Below are positions 41,366-53,175 of a stretch of 64,000 nucleotides of DNA, one piece after another. The position numbers and the translations under genes are program-made. Each line of letters begins with the position of its first letter. Position 1 is the stretch's first letter. The notes under the pieces were generated by a model. It worked only from the letters and a program-made list of their open reading frames with translations. It was not told where the DNA came from and ran no database searches. The stretch spans positions 1 to 64,000 of the forward strand of contig CBDCEW010000086.1 of NCBI GenBank assembly GCA_965215885.1, read 5' to 3'. Source of the stretch: Candidatus Moanibacter sp. GTDB taxonomy: Bacteria > Verrucomicrobiota > Verrucomicrobiia > Opitutales > UBA2987.

Positions 41366-42637
41366 ATGCATCCGCTTCTCATAGCATTTATTGTTATTCT
41401 CGTCTTAAAGGTGCTCTTTGAGGTCTCTCTCGATATCCTAAACAGGAAGCATGTTGCTGCTTCAGCCGGCAGAGTACCAGAGGCGTTCGAGGAATTCATC
41501 GAACAGGAGACCTACGATCGATCGATCGAATACACCCTTGCTAAGAATCGATTCAGCAAGGTGGAAAGCGTATACGATGGTTTGATACTGTTCCTGATTA
41601 TCCTGGTCGGATTCCTGCCCTGGTTGTACGGGTTGCTCCTGCAGGCATTTGGTGGCGGGATATGGGCTCAAGCGCTCATCTTGTATCTGATCGGGATAGT
41701 ATTATCACTCCCCGGCCTGCCTTTGGAGTGGTGGAGCCAATTTCGGCTGGAAGAACGATTCGGTTTTAACAAGAGCACCATTAAGCTGTGGATAAGCGAC
41801 AAGTTAAAAGGACTGATAATCGGTTTTCTGATTGGATATCCTATCCTCTGCCTCCTCTTGTGGATGATGAATTTGCCCTTCTGGTGGCTCTGGGCGTTTT
41901 TCGTCATCTTCTTTTTTCAGATCATCTTGATGATCATTTATCCAATGTTCATCATGCCTCTCTTCAACAAGTTCGAACCGCTGCCGGAGGGCACATTGCG
42001 CAACCAGCTCATGCAACTTTCCGATCGCACCGGGTTTAAAACTCAGACAATTCTGGTCATGGACGGCAGTAAACGATCCGGGCATTCCAACGCCTTTTTC
42101 ACGGGGTTCGGAAAGTTTCGCCGAATTGTGCTTTTCGATACCCTTATTGAGCAACTGAAACCGATTGAATTAGAGGCGGTACTTGCCCACGAGATTGGCC
42201 ACTACAAATTGGGACATATCCCTAAGAGATTGGCAATTTCCGCAATTTCGACCCTTGTCGCGTTTCGAATACTTGCCTGGCTGTCCAACCGTGAGTCGTT
42301 TTTCGAGGCTTTTGGGTTCTCTCACGCTGATGGAATGGCGCCTGCTTTGCTGCTGTTCGCTCTCTTGAGCGGATTAGTCACCTTCTGGTTGACTCCGATC
42401 TTGAGTTCCTGGGCGAGAAAGCACGAATACGAGGCGGATGCCTTTTCTCGGGACGCCATGAAGAATCCCGATCCTTTAATTCGTTCCCTTCGAATCTTAC
42501 ATGAAAGAAATCTGAGTAATCTTACACCGCATCCGCTCTATAGCCGCTTCTACTACTCCCATCCTACTTTATTGGAACGGGAGAACGCGCTCCGAGCTGA
42601 CTGTAGCCCGCCGGGAGCAAGCGAGACTGAGGAGTGA
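41366..42637 (+). CDS. M48 (Ste24-like) membrane metalloprotease
   Basis: [30 protein letters not shown]. Confidence 0.95.
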   Translation: MHPLLIAFIVILVLKVLFEVSLDILNRKHVAASAGRVPEAFEEFIEQETYDRSIEYTLAKNRFSKVESVYDGLILFLIILVGFLPWLYGLLLQAFGGGIWAQALILYLIGIVLSLPGLPLEWWSQFRLEERFGFNKSTIKLWISDKLKGLIIGFLIGYPILCLLLWMMNLPFWWLWAFFVIFFFQIILMIIYPMFIMPLFNKFEPLPEGTLRNQLMQLSDRTGFKTQTILVMDGSKRSGHSNAFFTGFGKFRRIVLFDTLIEQLKPIELEAVLAHEIGHYKLGHIPKRLAISAISTLVAFRILAWLSNRESFFEAFGFSHADGMAPALLLFALLSGLVTFWLTPILSSWARKHEYEADAFSRDAMKNPDPLIRSLRILHERNLSNLTPHPLYSRFYYSHPTLLERENALRADCSPPGASETEE

Positions 42638-42821
42638 GAACACTATCAGGGATTGAGGCAGCACATAAAGAATTGACCTCGGATGATCTAGCGCAGCAGA
42701 GCCGCACCCAAATTGGAAGATCGACGCACGAAAGAGGGGCTACAGAGAACAGCGAGAAGAACAGAAGAGCACGGAGAGTTGAACAGAAGGAAACGAAGAG
42801 GTTGGTATTCAATAAATTGCA

Positions 42822-42970
42822 GGCGACAAGGTTTGGGACAAGGTTCGCGACGAGGTTACCCAAGGGAAGTAGGAGTTTCCTTCTGCATTCGCGTCCATCT
42901 GCGTGCATCTGCGGTTCTCTTTTTCTTTTTTGGTTGCGGCTTCGCTGCGCTAGGTCATCCGCGGTGAAAA
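42822..42970. repeat. Dispersed composite repeat (inverted relative to 26310-26505)
   Basis: Direct sequence comparison. Confidence 0.85.
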
Positions 42971-43082
42971 TTTTCCCAACTCACTATTCTCATTCTTTCG
43001 ACTAATGAGCCTCAGCAGCTTGTTCATCAATTTATCTTTCATTGTTCATTTGCGGTTACGTGAGAGTTTAGGATCAAAAGTA

Positions 43083-43958
43083 ATGAAATTGTGCCTCTTG
43101 CTCTTCGCCTGGGGATGCACGGTTCAGGCAGAGACCGTTCGCGTGGCCTCGTTGAATTTGAAGAATTACCTGAGCGCAGATCGCATGGTGGAGGGTGTTG
43201 ATCGCAAAGAATATCCCAAGCCCGAAGTTGAGAAGGAAGCTCTGAGGAGAGTCCTCAAGGAGATTAACCCGGATATCCTCGCTCTTCAGGAGATGGGAAA
43301 AGAACCCTTTCTTTTTGAACTGCAACGCGATCTTCGAGCAGTCGGTTTACACTATCCTTTCACGACACTACTGAAAGCCGCCGATGAGCAACGACATCTC
43401 GCCGTCCTTTCAAAAGCGCCGTTTCGAAAGGTGCATAGGCACAAGGACTTGGACTTCAAGTATTTCGAGTACCGCGATGAGGTAAAGAGAGGCTTACTCG
43501 AAATTGAATTTGAAACCGGAGAGACAGTCTGGACTCTCTTTGATCTACACTTGAAGAGCAGGCGAACGGTGCGAAAAGATGATCCTGAGTCTCGCACGCG
43601 CCGAAAGTCGGAAGCTTTGGCTATAAGGAATTTCATCGCGAAGCGGTACCCTCCGGAGAAGGACCCGAGTTTCCTCATCCTGGGCGATTTTAATGACACC
43701 CGCGGTTCGCCCGCCGTTAGGTATATGCTTAAAAGAGGATCTCGGTTACTCGCAATATTGGTTCCCGCTTTCGACAGTCGAGGTGAAACCTGGACTTACC
43801 ATTATAAAAAAGAGGATACCTATTCGCGTGTAGATCTGATTCTCGCCTCTCCCGAAATGCTTCCAAGAGTACTGGATGAAAAGGGTAGGATAGTGGACCA
43901 TCCCAGTATGAGAACGGCCTCAGATCACCGTATGATTTACGTCGATCTCTCCTTCTAG
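43083..43958 (+). CDS. Endonuclease/exonuclease/phosphatase family protein
   Basis: PDILALQE, LHLKS, LGDFND, ASDH. Confidence 0.92.
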   Translation: MKLCLLLFAWGCTVQAETVRVASLNLKNYLSADRMVEGVDRKEYPKPEVEKEALRRVLKEINPDILALQEMGKEPFLFELQRDLRAVGLHYPFTTLLKAADEQRHLAVLSKAPFRKVHRHKDLDFKYFEYRDEVKRGLLEIEFETGETVWTLFDLHLKSRRTVRKDDPESRTRRKSEALAIRNFIAKRYPPEKDPSFLILGDFNDTRGSPAVRYMLKRGSRLLAILVPAFDSRGETWTYHYKKEDTYSRVDLILASPEMLPRVLDEKGRIVDHPSMRTASDHRMIYVDLSF

Positions 43959-44851
43959 AATACCGTAACCGGCACCTCGATGATGTTGAAACCGGGAACA
44001 TCGACAAAGAGTGTGCCACTACCCTCTTCGCCTCCTTCTACCGGAACGTTCACGGACCTCGCACCTTCCTCGATGATGACCCGCGGCATAATGATCGATG
44101 CCGGAACATCCGTGGTCGCATCGATATACAGGCCTCCTGGAGGAGCCTCAAAATCAACCGTAATCAACATCATGATACTTTCACCCGGAGCGAGAGAGAG
44201 CTGTTTGGGAAGAATCGAAAGAGTGGCACTATCAATACGAAAGGTCCCAATCGGGATGTCACCTTGACCCGTCCGCAATGCTACCTGATATGAGCGGCCG
44301 GAGGGCAGACTGGGGACGTAGAAACTGAGGGAATTTGGAGAAATGTATTCAGTCGGGACCTCCCTCGCTCCCATAAGGAGGACATCGTATTGGGAAAATC
44401 CGCGACCGACGACCGCAACCTTGGCACCGACCAGCGCTCTGTCGCTTTCCAATTGAATAACATACCGATTGACCAGTTGAGCCGGATAAATATCGGAAAA
44501 AAGTTCGCGAGTCCGTTTCCTTTGATCGACGTAATAATCATATTTGAGGATATAGTAGTACCGCACTTCCGTCGTGTTGGGCGGCATCTTGTAATCAACT
44601 TCGAAAATCGTCGCCCCAATATCGCTTCGATGCATTTCGAAGCGCTCACCGTTGACCACAATGGCCGCGGCAGCTGACTCACGTACAGACTTACTTTTGG
44701 TGAAATTGGCCGCGAAGCTGAATGTGTAGATATCTGAGGGGTTGGCCGGGATTTGTTGCGGAGTCAGATTTGCAATTCGGGTAACGCAGCCGCTCCCCCC
44801 AAGGATAGTACTTAACAGTATCGTCCCGACAATGAAATTTTGTGTTTTCAT
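43955..44851 (-). CDS. Probable lipoprotein with IPT/TIG-like domain
   Basis: Lipobox-like GGSGC; VGAKVAVVGRGF...LSFYVPSLPSG. Confidence 0.7.
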   Translation of the reverse strand: MKTQNFIVGTILLSTILGGSGCVTRIANLTPQQIPANPSDIYTFSFAANFTKSKSVRESAAAAIVVNGERFEMHRSDIGATIFEVDYKMPPNTTEVRYYYILKYDYYVDQRKRTRELFSDIYPAQLVNRYVIQLESDRALVGAKVAVVGRGFSQYDVLLMGAREVPTEYISPNSLSFYVPSLPSGRSYQVALRTGQGDIPIGTFRIDSATLSILPKQLSLAPGESIMMLITVDFEAPPGGLYIDATTDVPASIIMPRVIIEEGARSVNVPVEGGEEGSGTLFVDVPGFNIIEVPVTVF

Positions 44852-44985
44852 TTGTAGTTCTACTACAGTAAGTAAGGCATACCTTTGATGTTTCTGCAAG
44901 AAAAAGCTGATCGCACCCTTTTGTTCGATAGCCCGCTTTTCCTGACCGGTGAGTAACTGCGTGTCAATGAGATGCCTCTGTCGGA

Positions 44986-46182
44986 ATGAAACCGAGTAAA
45001 TCTTTCGAAAGAGGCATAAAGTCCGATCCCGGCTTGCCGGGACTAGGGGTCTACCTTCATATCCCGTTCTGCGCCAAACGCTGTGATTTCTGCGCCTTCT
45101 ATGAAAAAACGCCCCGCCGCGGTGAACTCGCTGACTTTATCTCCGGCCTGGAATGCGAATTGGCCCTCGTCGATATCGGGCGTCACGTGGATACAGTTTT
45201 CTGGGGTGGGGGAACTCCCGGGCTTCTCCCGGCACGCGATCTGGAAACTCTCGGTCGGGCCTTGAGGGAGAGGATACCCGAATCGCCCGAAGAGTGGACC
45301 GTTGAGATGGCGCCCTCAACCGTAAAGCCTGAGAAAATCTCCGTTCTGAAAGATCTCGGTGTAAACCGTATATCGCTCGGAGTGGAGACTTTTTCCGACA
45401 AGCAGCTTGAAATCCTGGGCCGTCAACATTTACGAAAGGAAGTCTACAAAGCGATCGACATGATCTATTCCGGGGGTGTGGAAATTCTGAATCTCGACCT
45501 TATGTTCGCCATTCCGGGGCAGACTCTTGGTATGTGGGAAGTCGATCTTCGGGAGGCGGTGGAGATCGGGCCGCAGCACATTTCAACTTATTGTCTGACT
45601 TACGAAGAGGACACGGCCCTTTACCTGAAGCTTCAACACGGCCGGATCGCTCCTAAGGGCAAATCCGAAGAGGCGGCCTTTTACGAATCCACTTGGAGAT
45701 TCCTGCGGGAATCCGGCTATACCCAGTACGAAATCGCTAATTTCGCCCGAAACGGATTTCAGTGCCTTCATAATATCAACACCTGGCGCATGGGAGAGTG
45801 GATCGGTTTTGGCCCATCCGCTGCATCACAGGTCGATAATCGGCGATACACGAACATACCTTCACTCGCGGAATGGCTAATCGGTATCGATGATGGAAAG
45901 CCCGTGCGCGTGGATGAAGTCGACCTCACACCCGAAATTCTCGCCGTCGACTGTCTCATTTTCGGCCTTCGCATGAACCGTGGGGTCGATCTCCTCGAGC
46001 TGAGCCGCCGCTTTCCCTCTATCGCCTTTGAGAAACTCGAGCCGCTCTGGAAGCACCTGCACGAAGAGGATCTTATGAGCCGTCAAGAAAATGGCTGCTT
46101 GCGTCTTACCCCAAAGGGGCGCCTGCTCGCGGATAGTATCGCCGTCGAGATCCTCCATGCCTTTGAAAGCTATCAATTCTGA
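44986..46182 (+). CDS. hemW: Radical SAM heme chaperone HemW
   Basis: YLHIPFCAKRCDFCAF, WGGGTP, YEIANF, HNxxxW. Confidence 0.9.
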   Translation: MKPSKSFERGIKSDPGLPGLGVYLHIPFCAKRCDFCAFYEKTPRRGELADFISGLECELALVDIGRHVDTVFWGGGTPGLLPARDLETLGRALRERIPESPEEWTVEMAPSTVKPEKISVLKDLGVNRISLGVETFSDKQLEILGRQHLRKEVYKAIDMIYSGGVEILNLDLMFAIPGQTLGMWEVDLREAVEIGPQHISTYCLTYEEDTALYLKLQHGRIAPKGKSEEAAFYESTWRFLRESGYTQYEIANFARNGFQCLHNINTWRMGEWIGFGPSAASQVDNRRYTNIPSLAEWLIGIDDGKPVRVDEVDLTPEILAVDCLIFGLRMNRGVDLLELSRRFPSIAFEKLEPLWKHLHEEDLMSRQENGCLRLTPKGRLLADSIAVEILHAFESYQF

Positions 46183-46204
46183 TTAAAACTCGGTACTACC
46201 GGAA

Positions 46205-46783
46205 TTGACGATCGAGATAGCTTTCGTTTTGGCACTCCTCCTGTTGGCAATTGCCTGCTTTGTGACAGAGCGGCTCCGACATGATATGATCGGGCTTCTC
46301 GTAATCGTTGCTCTCGGCCTGACGCGTATTCTGGAACCAGCGGATCTCTTCTATGGGTTCAGTAACGAGGCGGTTATTACTATCGGGGCGATGTTTGTGG
46401 TCAGCGCCGCCCTCGACTTGATTGCCACTGAACTGATCGGCAGGGTCGGCCAGTTGGGACTCTACGGGACCTTCTGGATCTTCTACTTCATGACGGGCCT
46501 GTTGAGCCTCCTCATCCTCAACAAACCTGCGGCGGTGTTGGCCACCCCACTTGCCATTTTATTGGCACTCAAGCTTGAGGTGGATCCCAAGCCGTTTATA
46601 ATGGCGGTTGCGTTTGCGGCCTCAACCGCCATGGCAACTTCCATGGGCTACCAGACAAAACTCCTCGTCTATGGTCCCGGTGGTTACAATTTCAAGGATT
46701 TCGTGAAATTCGGCCTGCCCTTGAATATTCTGACGGGAATCCTCGCGTGCCTCCTGATTCCCGTTCTATGGCCGTTTCGGTAA
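46205..46783 (+). pseudogene. SLC13/CitMHS-like permease with large in-frame internal deletion
   Basis: N-terminal GFSNEAVITIGAMFVVSAAL fused directly to a C-terminal segment (GYQT..VYGPGGY.FKDF); only 192 aa. Confidence 0.75.
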
Positions 46784-46797
46784 CGCCCGTGCCGATT

Positions 46798-48125
46798 TCA
46801 AGCTGGCCGCAGGGCGGCTCTCTCAGTCTCCCCGAAGAGGCGATCTGCCCGATACATAATCGCAATGCTGAATACGTCTTCGATGCACTCGACCGGAAAG
46901 AATTCCACCTGCTTTCGCACATGATCGGGCAACTGGCGCAAGTCACTCTCATTTTCCTTGGGAATAATGACGCGGCGGATACCGGCTCTATGCGCAGCCA
47001 ACACTTTTTCCTTCACGCCACCGACCGGTAAGATCAGACCACTTAATGTGATCTCACCGGTCATCGCGGTGTCCCTATCGACCGGTAGATCCAGGTAGAT
47101 GGATGCGAGCGCCGTCGCGATCGTCACTCCCGCGGATGGACCGTCCTTTGGCGTTGCTCCGGAAGGCACGTGAATATGTACGCCCTTTTCTGAGAACTCT
47201 TCCGCATCGATATCCAATTGATCGGCATGGGACCAGATGTAACTTTGAGCCGCTCTGGCTGATTCCTGCATCACATCCCCTAACTGTCCCGTCAGAGTCA
47301 GCCCGTTCGCCTGGGGAAGCTTGACCGCATCAATATAGAGTACCTCTCCGCCTGTCTCGGTCCACGCCAGGCCGGTCGCGACTCCAGGTGCAAGTCTTCG
47401 CCGAACGGAATTCAATGAAAAACGTTCGGGACCTAAAATATCGGGGAGATCGTCGGGGGTGACCGTCAAAGGTTCTGTTCGTCCCGTGACAAAAAGAGTC
47501 GCTGGCGTTCAAATCGACGACCGAGCGCTTTGGCGATTGAATGGCCGAGTGAAGTCTTTCCCACTCCCGGCGGTCCGACGAGGCAGAGGATTGGGGCTTT
47601 CGCCCTCGGGTTGAGCTTCAGGACAGCCAGATGTTCGATGATTCGGTCTTTTACATCCTCGAGATTAAAGTGGTCCGCATCGAGCACTCTTCGAGCCGAA
47701 TCCAGGTCCAAAATGTCCTCAGTCGCTGCATGCCACGGGAGTTCGAGGATCAATTCGATATAAGAACGGACTATTTGATAGTCTCCCGAAGCTGGACCCA
47801 TGCGTTCCAGCCGGGAAAGTTCCTTTTCCGTTTCGCTTTGAACATTCTCCGGCAAATTCGCCTCCCCGATTCGTTCTCGCAGCTCCTCAATTTCGGCCTT
47901 CTCATCATCCTTTTCTCCAAGTTCCTCCTCGACCGTCTGCTGATCAACAGAGGCTTTTTCTGTGAAGACGAGTATCTCTTTGCTCTCGCCCGTGATCGCC
48001 GCTTCCACAGCCGCAATCGATTCAGGTCGTTCGGCCGCCAGAGGTCTCAAGACTTTCGGAAATAACACCGTGTCCTTTAAAAGCAATACGGGCAAAACAA
48101 CTGATTTCTCTTTTCCCCTGATCAT
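46798..48125 (-). pseudogene. lon: Lon protease remnant with two internal deletions
   Basis: LPVL...VLFP start, GPPGVGKTS Walker A, then a jump to the protease domain GLAWT, PKDGPSAG, VGGVKEK; Walker B region and most of the N-domain missing. Confidence 0.9.
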
Positions 48126-48422
48126 GGTATTCGTATTCCCTGTTTCCTTTGAAGATCCGTTCTTCCCTTTGAATTCGCTCGTTTCGCAGCAATGTCGCTC
48201 TTCTTTATACAGATCTCATGCCAGTTTCTCATGGATTTGCAAATAGCTTACTATCAGTTTCATAGCGACAAAAACGAGCTTCGTATCAATCACCGGAAGC
48301 CGCGAGATACCGCCCGAGTGACGGGATTTCGTGTTTAATCAACCACCTGCAGTGACCCCGCAGCGCAGAGACTCGAAGTCAAAGAATCAGCCGGAGAGCG
48401 ACGGTGCAAAAGGTGACTTATT

Positions 48423-48522
48423 GTCATTGCGAGACCCGCGTAGCGGGGCGTGGCAATCCAGTCCCGTTCGGCGGGTGAATACCAAATGCGTGGATTGCTT
48501 CGTCATTCTTCTTCGCAATGAC
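48423..48522. repeat. Palindromic REP-like pair (GTCATTGCGAG...CTCGCAATGAC type); half copy at ~63691-63726
   Basis: TGCGTGGATTGCTTCGTCATTCTTC.TCGCAATGAC at ~48487 and ~63691. Confidence 0.75.
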
Positions 48523-48612
48523 GGCTGTAAGGGATTCGTATTCTTTCCGACTCATTGTGGAACGAACGGTCAACAAGTTTCACGAAAACCGGTATCAAAA
48601 TTGCAAACATAA

Positions 48613-48965
48613 ATGAACATGAAAACATAACTGATTTAACGGAAGCTAACTTCGATACAGAAGTAGTACAATCGGAAGAACTGGTCCTGGTCGATTTCTG
48701 GGCGGCCTGGTGTGGTCCATGCAAAGCGATGGCACATGTTCTCGCGGAACTGGCTGTCGAGAAGGCCGGGGAAATAAAGGTCGCAAAGGTGAACGTCGAT
48801 GAGAACCCATCATTGGCTGAGCGCTTCAATATCCGATCAATCCCAACGCTCCTCATTTTCGAAAGTGGAGAGATCAAGGACCAGATCGTGGGAGTAGTTC
48901 CAAAAGACCTGATTCTATCGAAAGTTGAGAGGGCGAAAGATTCGCGCGAGGTCACGGCGCAGTAG
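48613..48965 (+). CDS. trxA: Thioredoxin; start uncertain (ATG 48613/48619 is one base out of frame)
   Basis: VLVDFWAAWCGPCK, KVNVDEN, IRSIPTL. Confidence 0.88.
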
Positions 48966-49081
48966 GAACGGCATGGTGTCGGACGTCAGGCTGGCCTCCG
49001 GCGCCTTGACCTTTGCGGGTCTGACAGGTTCACCACAGGCGTGATCAAACTCTGCCGTACGGCGGGGTGAAACTTTGACTC

Positions 49082-49171
49082 AACCCACCTCTGTCCCCTC
49101 CCAGGAGGGGATCTTTTCGCTCCGGGGCTCGTTCACCAAGTTCCCCTCCTGGGAGGGGACAGGGGTGGGTT
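49082..49171. repeat. Inverted pair of GC-rich palindromic REP-like units
   Basis: AACCCACC.CTGTCCCCTCCCAGGAGGGGA / TCCCCTCCTGGGAGGGGACAGGGGTGGGTT. Confidence 0.85.
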
Positions 49172-49277
49172 TCTTCCAAGACGAATTTCACCTTCAATAA
49201 ACGTTAGCTTATCGCTTGCAAACTCGTTCTGCCGTACGGCAGAGAAGTTTAAAGTCAGGCTGAGATGGTGCTGAACT

Positions 49278-50486
49278 CTAAACAGGATCTGACGGGATCA
49301 GCTCTCGTAAGTGTTTCCTTATCTCCTCGATCTTGGTGAGCTTCTCAATCCAAAATTCGGGAATCCCTTTTTCTCCACCGATTCCGTAAGAGGCGCCGAG
49401 GACGGCCCCGAGAAGAATAGCGCGGCCACACGAGTCGCCACCGGCGTAGATGTTCTGGCGGATAGCGTCCTTGTAGGATCCGACGGTGGCTAGATTGTGA
49501 ACAACACTGGGAACGCCGAAGACGAGGTTGCAGCTCATTCCGAATTCGAAGGTCACTGACGGCGTATCCTTGTTCCTGAGGGAGAGTGCTTCGTCGATGA
49601 GTTTGGAAACTTGAGACTCTGCCACTTCGCGACCGGCAGCGATAGCACCAGCCGGGTCCGCGTTACGAATTGCAGCTTCGATGATGCGGGCGGCGGCTTG
49701 ACCAAAGGCAACCGCGCGATCATTGTCATTGGTTACGCGGACCGCGGATTCTACGACTTCAGAGAGCCGATCGTTTCCAGCGTAGGCGGCGACCAAAGCC
49801 GGAAGCTTCGAAATGGCCGGCATCTGCTCGTCGTTGGCTCCATGGTAACCACTGATACTTTCCAGCTCATCAACGATCTTGAACGCATAGGCGACCATAT
49901 TGTCGTCGTCGTGTGTGAGCCGGACGGTTTCTTCAACCCTCCGGCGAAGTTCCTCACCCTTGGCCTGCTTCACGTTGGAGAGGACCTTGGTGATCATGCG
50001 GTGCTTGGTGTTCTCGTCACCATGAAACGGGATGGCCGCCGCTCGCTTGAGCGCTTGGCGTTCCGCGAAAGCGATGTTGTCCAAGGTGTCATGCATAGGA
50101 TGGTCAATATACCCTACATAGTCCCCGCCGTAGCCAAAGTACTCGCGAAACAGGTCCTCATAGTGCGTTTTGTCGTACTTGCCTTTGTTCTTAGCTAGTG
50201 AGCGAAGAAGCAATATCGCCTGTTCCCCGTAATGGGAAAAATCCCCGACTTGCTTTCTACCATGAGCGTAGAAGCCGCGTATTCCCTCGTAGTCCCCGGG
50301 CGTGGGGATGCGGAATTCAGGCGCTTCAGGCGCGACTTCGCGGATACGTTGCTGATCGTAGACCCAATGCAGTCCCAGGGAAGCGGCGTCGGCCACCAGG
50401 GCGCCAAGGACTGTGGTTTGTACACGGTTTTTGTCTTTCTTCTTTACGACCGGAGATTGATTCTGAACTGAATTGGCTATTGTCAT
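49278..50486 (-). CDS. ADP-ribosylglycohydrolase family protein
   Basis: LGALVADAASLGLHWVYD, GDFSHYGEQ, AGGDSCGRA. Confidence 0.9.
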   Translation of the reverse strand: MTIANSVQNQSPVVKKKDKNRVQTTVLGALVADAASLGLHWVYDQQRIREVAPEAPEFRIPTPGDYEGIRGFYAHGRKQVGDFSHYGEQAILLLRSLAKNKGKYDKTHYEDLFREYFGYGGDYVGYIDHPMHDTLDNIAFAERQALKRAAAIPFHGDENTKHRMITKVLSNVKQAKGEELRRRVEETVRLTHDDDNMVAYAFKIVDELESISGYHGANDEQMPAISKLPALVAAYAGNDRLSEVVESAVRVTNDNDRAVAFGQAAARIIEAAIRNADPAGAIAAGREVAESQVSKLIDEALSLRNKDTPSVTFEFGMSCNLVFGVPSVVHNLATVGSYKDAIRQNIYAGGDSCGRAILLGAVLGASYGIGGEKGIPEFWIEKLTKIEEIRKHLRELIPSDPV

Positions 50487-50511
50487 TTCTTTTCCGTCCT
50501 TTCGATTGTAT

Positions 50512-50670
50512 TCATGCAGCGGCACGAGATCGCTGTATCGAGCGTTGCACGACCCACGCAATGAGCGCCTCCCTGTCACTTTCCATTTCCCAGACCTTGT
50601 TCAGCACCTCCGCAGGGTGAATGTCGTGCTCCTTGAGGAACTGTCGATCCAGAGGGCAGGGGTAGCTAAA
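50512..50670 (-). pseudogene. C-terminal remnant of a DUF5069-like paralog
   Basis: YPCPLDRQFLKEHDIHPAEVL..VW...ALIAWV aligns with YSCGADRRFLKQFDIHPAEFL..LW...AIVDWV of 51122-51658. Confidence 0.7.
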
Positions 50671-51076
50671 CTTGAACCGTTTCCTCCCGATCCCCGGCGA
50701 TGTAGCGGAAGACATCGACCGCGTCGATGAAGAGAGATTCTGCGTTGAGAACCATAAGTGCAGGGATCCAGATACCGAAGAAATCAGTTGGCGGAATTTG
50801 ACTGAGACGCGTCCAGAGAAAGATTAGGAGGGGAACCCAGAATATATGTCCGAGGCCGAGAAGGCGCGTAAATCCGGAGGTTGCTGTTAGTATGGTCATC
50901 AACAACATGCTGGCCATCACCGCGGTTAACACCATCCGCGCTTCGACACGATCGAGGAAGAAGAGTGGAGTAATCATGTTTGCCGCGACCAGAAGCATCG
51001 TCCATACCTTCCAGTGCGCCGGCATCTTCATCATGCCCCGGTTGAATTTGAGGAATGCATTGAGTAGGTTTTTCAT
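50666..51076 (-). CDS. Small multi-pass membrane protein
   Basis: 136 aa, four hydrophobic segments, GFTRLLGLGH motif. Confidence 0.75.
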   Translation of the reverse strand: MKNLLNAFLKFNRGMMKMPAHWKVWTMLLVAANMITPLFFLDRVEARMVLTAVMASMLLMTILTATSGFTRLLGLGHIFWVPLLIFLWTRLSQIPPTDFFGIWIPALMVLNAESLFIDAVDVFRYIAGDREETVQV

Positions 51077-51121
51077 TATTGATATGTGTTGTGTGTCTTA
51101 TCGTTCCGATGAATTGGATAT

Positions 51122-51658
51122 CTATGCCGCTTTACGATCGCCGGCTCGACTGATGACCCAATCGACGATGGCACCTTCGTTCTCCTCGTTGTGCCACAGT
51201 TGGCGAAGGAATTCCGCGGGGTGGATGTCAAACTGCTTAAGGAATCTTCGATCAGCGCCGCAGCTATACATGACATCCGAGTGCAGCTCGCCGTGAAGCT
51301 TTGCCTTCGCCTTTTCAATGATGCGGAGGAGCCATGGCAATCCCAATACTTCGGAGTTTCCTGCAGGGAGCTCGTTCGGGTCGATCGTTTTCCTGGTAGA
51401 CTTGCCGTTCTGAACGTCAAGGAAGTAGCTCCGGCGAATATCATGCACCAAAGCAAATGTGGTAAAGTCCGGCTCCCCAGAGGTGACATAATCTTCCGCG
51501 AAATCGAAGACTTCCTGGTCGGTCGCACCGATTGAGCGAATGAATTCGGATTCTTCCGTGTCAAAATAGGAGGAAACGTCGAGATTTCCCCCTCCATACT
51601 GCTCGACGGCTTTCTCCCAGATTGCGTGTAGGTTTTTCTGATAGTCGTAATTCTTCAT
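51122..51658 (-). CDS. DUF5069-like protein
   Basis: GLPWLLRIIEKAKAKLHGEL..DVMYSCGADRRFL. Confidence 0.8.
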   Translation of the reverse strand: MKNYDYQKNLHAIWEKAVEQYGGGNLDVSSYFDTEESEFIRSIGATDQEVFDFAEDYVTSGEPDFTTFALVHDIRRSYFLDVQNGKSTRKTIDPNELPAGNSEVLGLPWLLRIIEKAKAKLHGELHSDVMYSCGADRRFLKQFDIHPAEFLRQLWHNEENEGAIVDWVISRAGDRKAA

Positions 51659-52672
51659 ATTTATTTCCTCAAGAAAGATTATCTTGTATACGTTTGTTAT
51701 ATAGGTCGAACGAGTTTTCTATTCCTTACAAAAGGGTCGCTCACTCCTCTTGTTGATTTTGCATTTCGTGTTTAAGCGGATAATTTCCGTTCTCACTTCA
51801 GATTCAAGCCGCCCGTTTATTTTCGGGAGTGCAACCGCATTCGAAATTTTCCCGGACTTGCCGGACCTCGGAAAGCCTTGGAAGCCTTCGCAGATTGTCG
51901 ACCTCGGTAGAAAACCACTCTCCAAAAATGAGGAGTGTTTCGGGTTCCAGGGGCAACCCAACCCTTTGCAGCAACATCATCTGAACGAGATTCCACCTTT
52001 TCAGGTCGATCATCTTCATGCTTTGTGCAGTCATTTCTTGGGTCTTCCTTTTTCCGTGAAAGTTCATTCACAGGTAACAGTATCTGTGCCAGTTCATACG
52101 AAAGTCCTTAATTGCTTTAGATCAATAGATTACAATTTTTGTGATGATACCTGTGGGGTAGGGGAGGCGCGGAAATTCGTGCGTGGCACGGTGGTCCGTG
52201 ATTGACGGGGACTTCCAGGCTAAAAACTCAGCAGTACTTCTCGTCGAAAACATTTTCCCATGAGGTTATTTGTGCGCCCTCACGGCGCGTGTACTTTCTT
52301 TAATTTCGTCGTGGACGAACAAGTCCTCGTACTCGTGTATCATTCTCGTTATCAAAAAGAGGGATGTCCGCTAAACACGCGAAAAAGCGCGAAAGCGGTC
52401 TGTGGTCTGTAGTCCGTTGCCCCTGGCGAACGGAAGAGTGAACAAGGATGAAGCCCAGCTTGTTAATACTCTCTTTTTACTGAGAGGGTAGGAAGCTCGC
52501 TCGTTGCAGACCCTGAGCACGTCGAAGGCCGAGCGATTTAGGAGAGGGTTGTTTGTGGCCAATACGATGTGCCTGTTGATTTGCAGTAGCATGGAAACCT
52601 AACAATCCCCGGGGCAAGCCCGAGGGATTCGTTCACGCGATCAGCCAATTTCGAGGGCGATAACGAGAACGA

Positions 52673-53150
52673 TTACGAGGACGGTATCTGATCCGCCTCA
52701 CAGGAGGGGCAGATCTCAAGCTCCTCAATCTCGGCTTTAGTGTACCGCGGGTTGATATGCTGGGGGCAGTTACCATCCCAGGCCTCGATGTGGAAGATGA
52801 AAGCGCGCTCCGGTTTTCCGCTGTAATTGGGATCGGCCAGTTTATCCAGAAGCACGGGGTCGTTCTCGATCACTTCGGCAGTTCCCCAGACCTTGATGCG
52901 AGCGCGATTTGCGTAGTCCATCAGGAAGATGAAGGCTTTGCTATTCTCCGCCAGATTTCCGAATGAAACGTACTGGCGATTGCCTGTGAAATCGGCGAAA
53001 CCCAAGGTACGGTCGTCGAGAATTTTGAGAAAGCCATTGGGGCCGCCGCGATGCTGAATATAGGGTTGGCCGTCAGCGCTGGCGGTTCCCAGGTAGAAGG
53101 AGTCGCGCTGAGCGATAAAATCCGCCAGCCTGGAAGTCACGCGATCTGAC
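52673..53150 (-). pseudogene. Pyridoxamine 5'-phosphate oxidase-like FMN-binding protein, probably 5'-truncated by the adjacent IS
   Basis: SFYLGTASADGQPYIQHRGGPNGF, ADFTGNRQY, NCPQHI; the frame runs into the IS4 end with no good start. Confidence 0.75.
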
Positions 53151-53175
53151 CCGAATGGCGCTAAGATAAGCCCGA

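Noticed and set aside
51804..52071. Small minus-strand ORFs
   Set aside because: Two overlapping candidates with no recognisable motif; cannot choose between them
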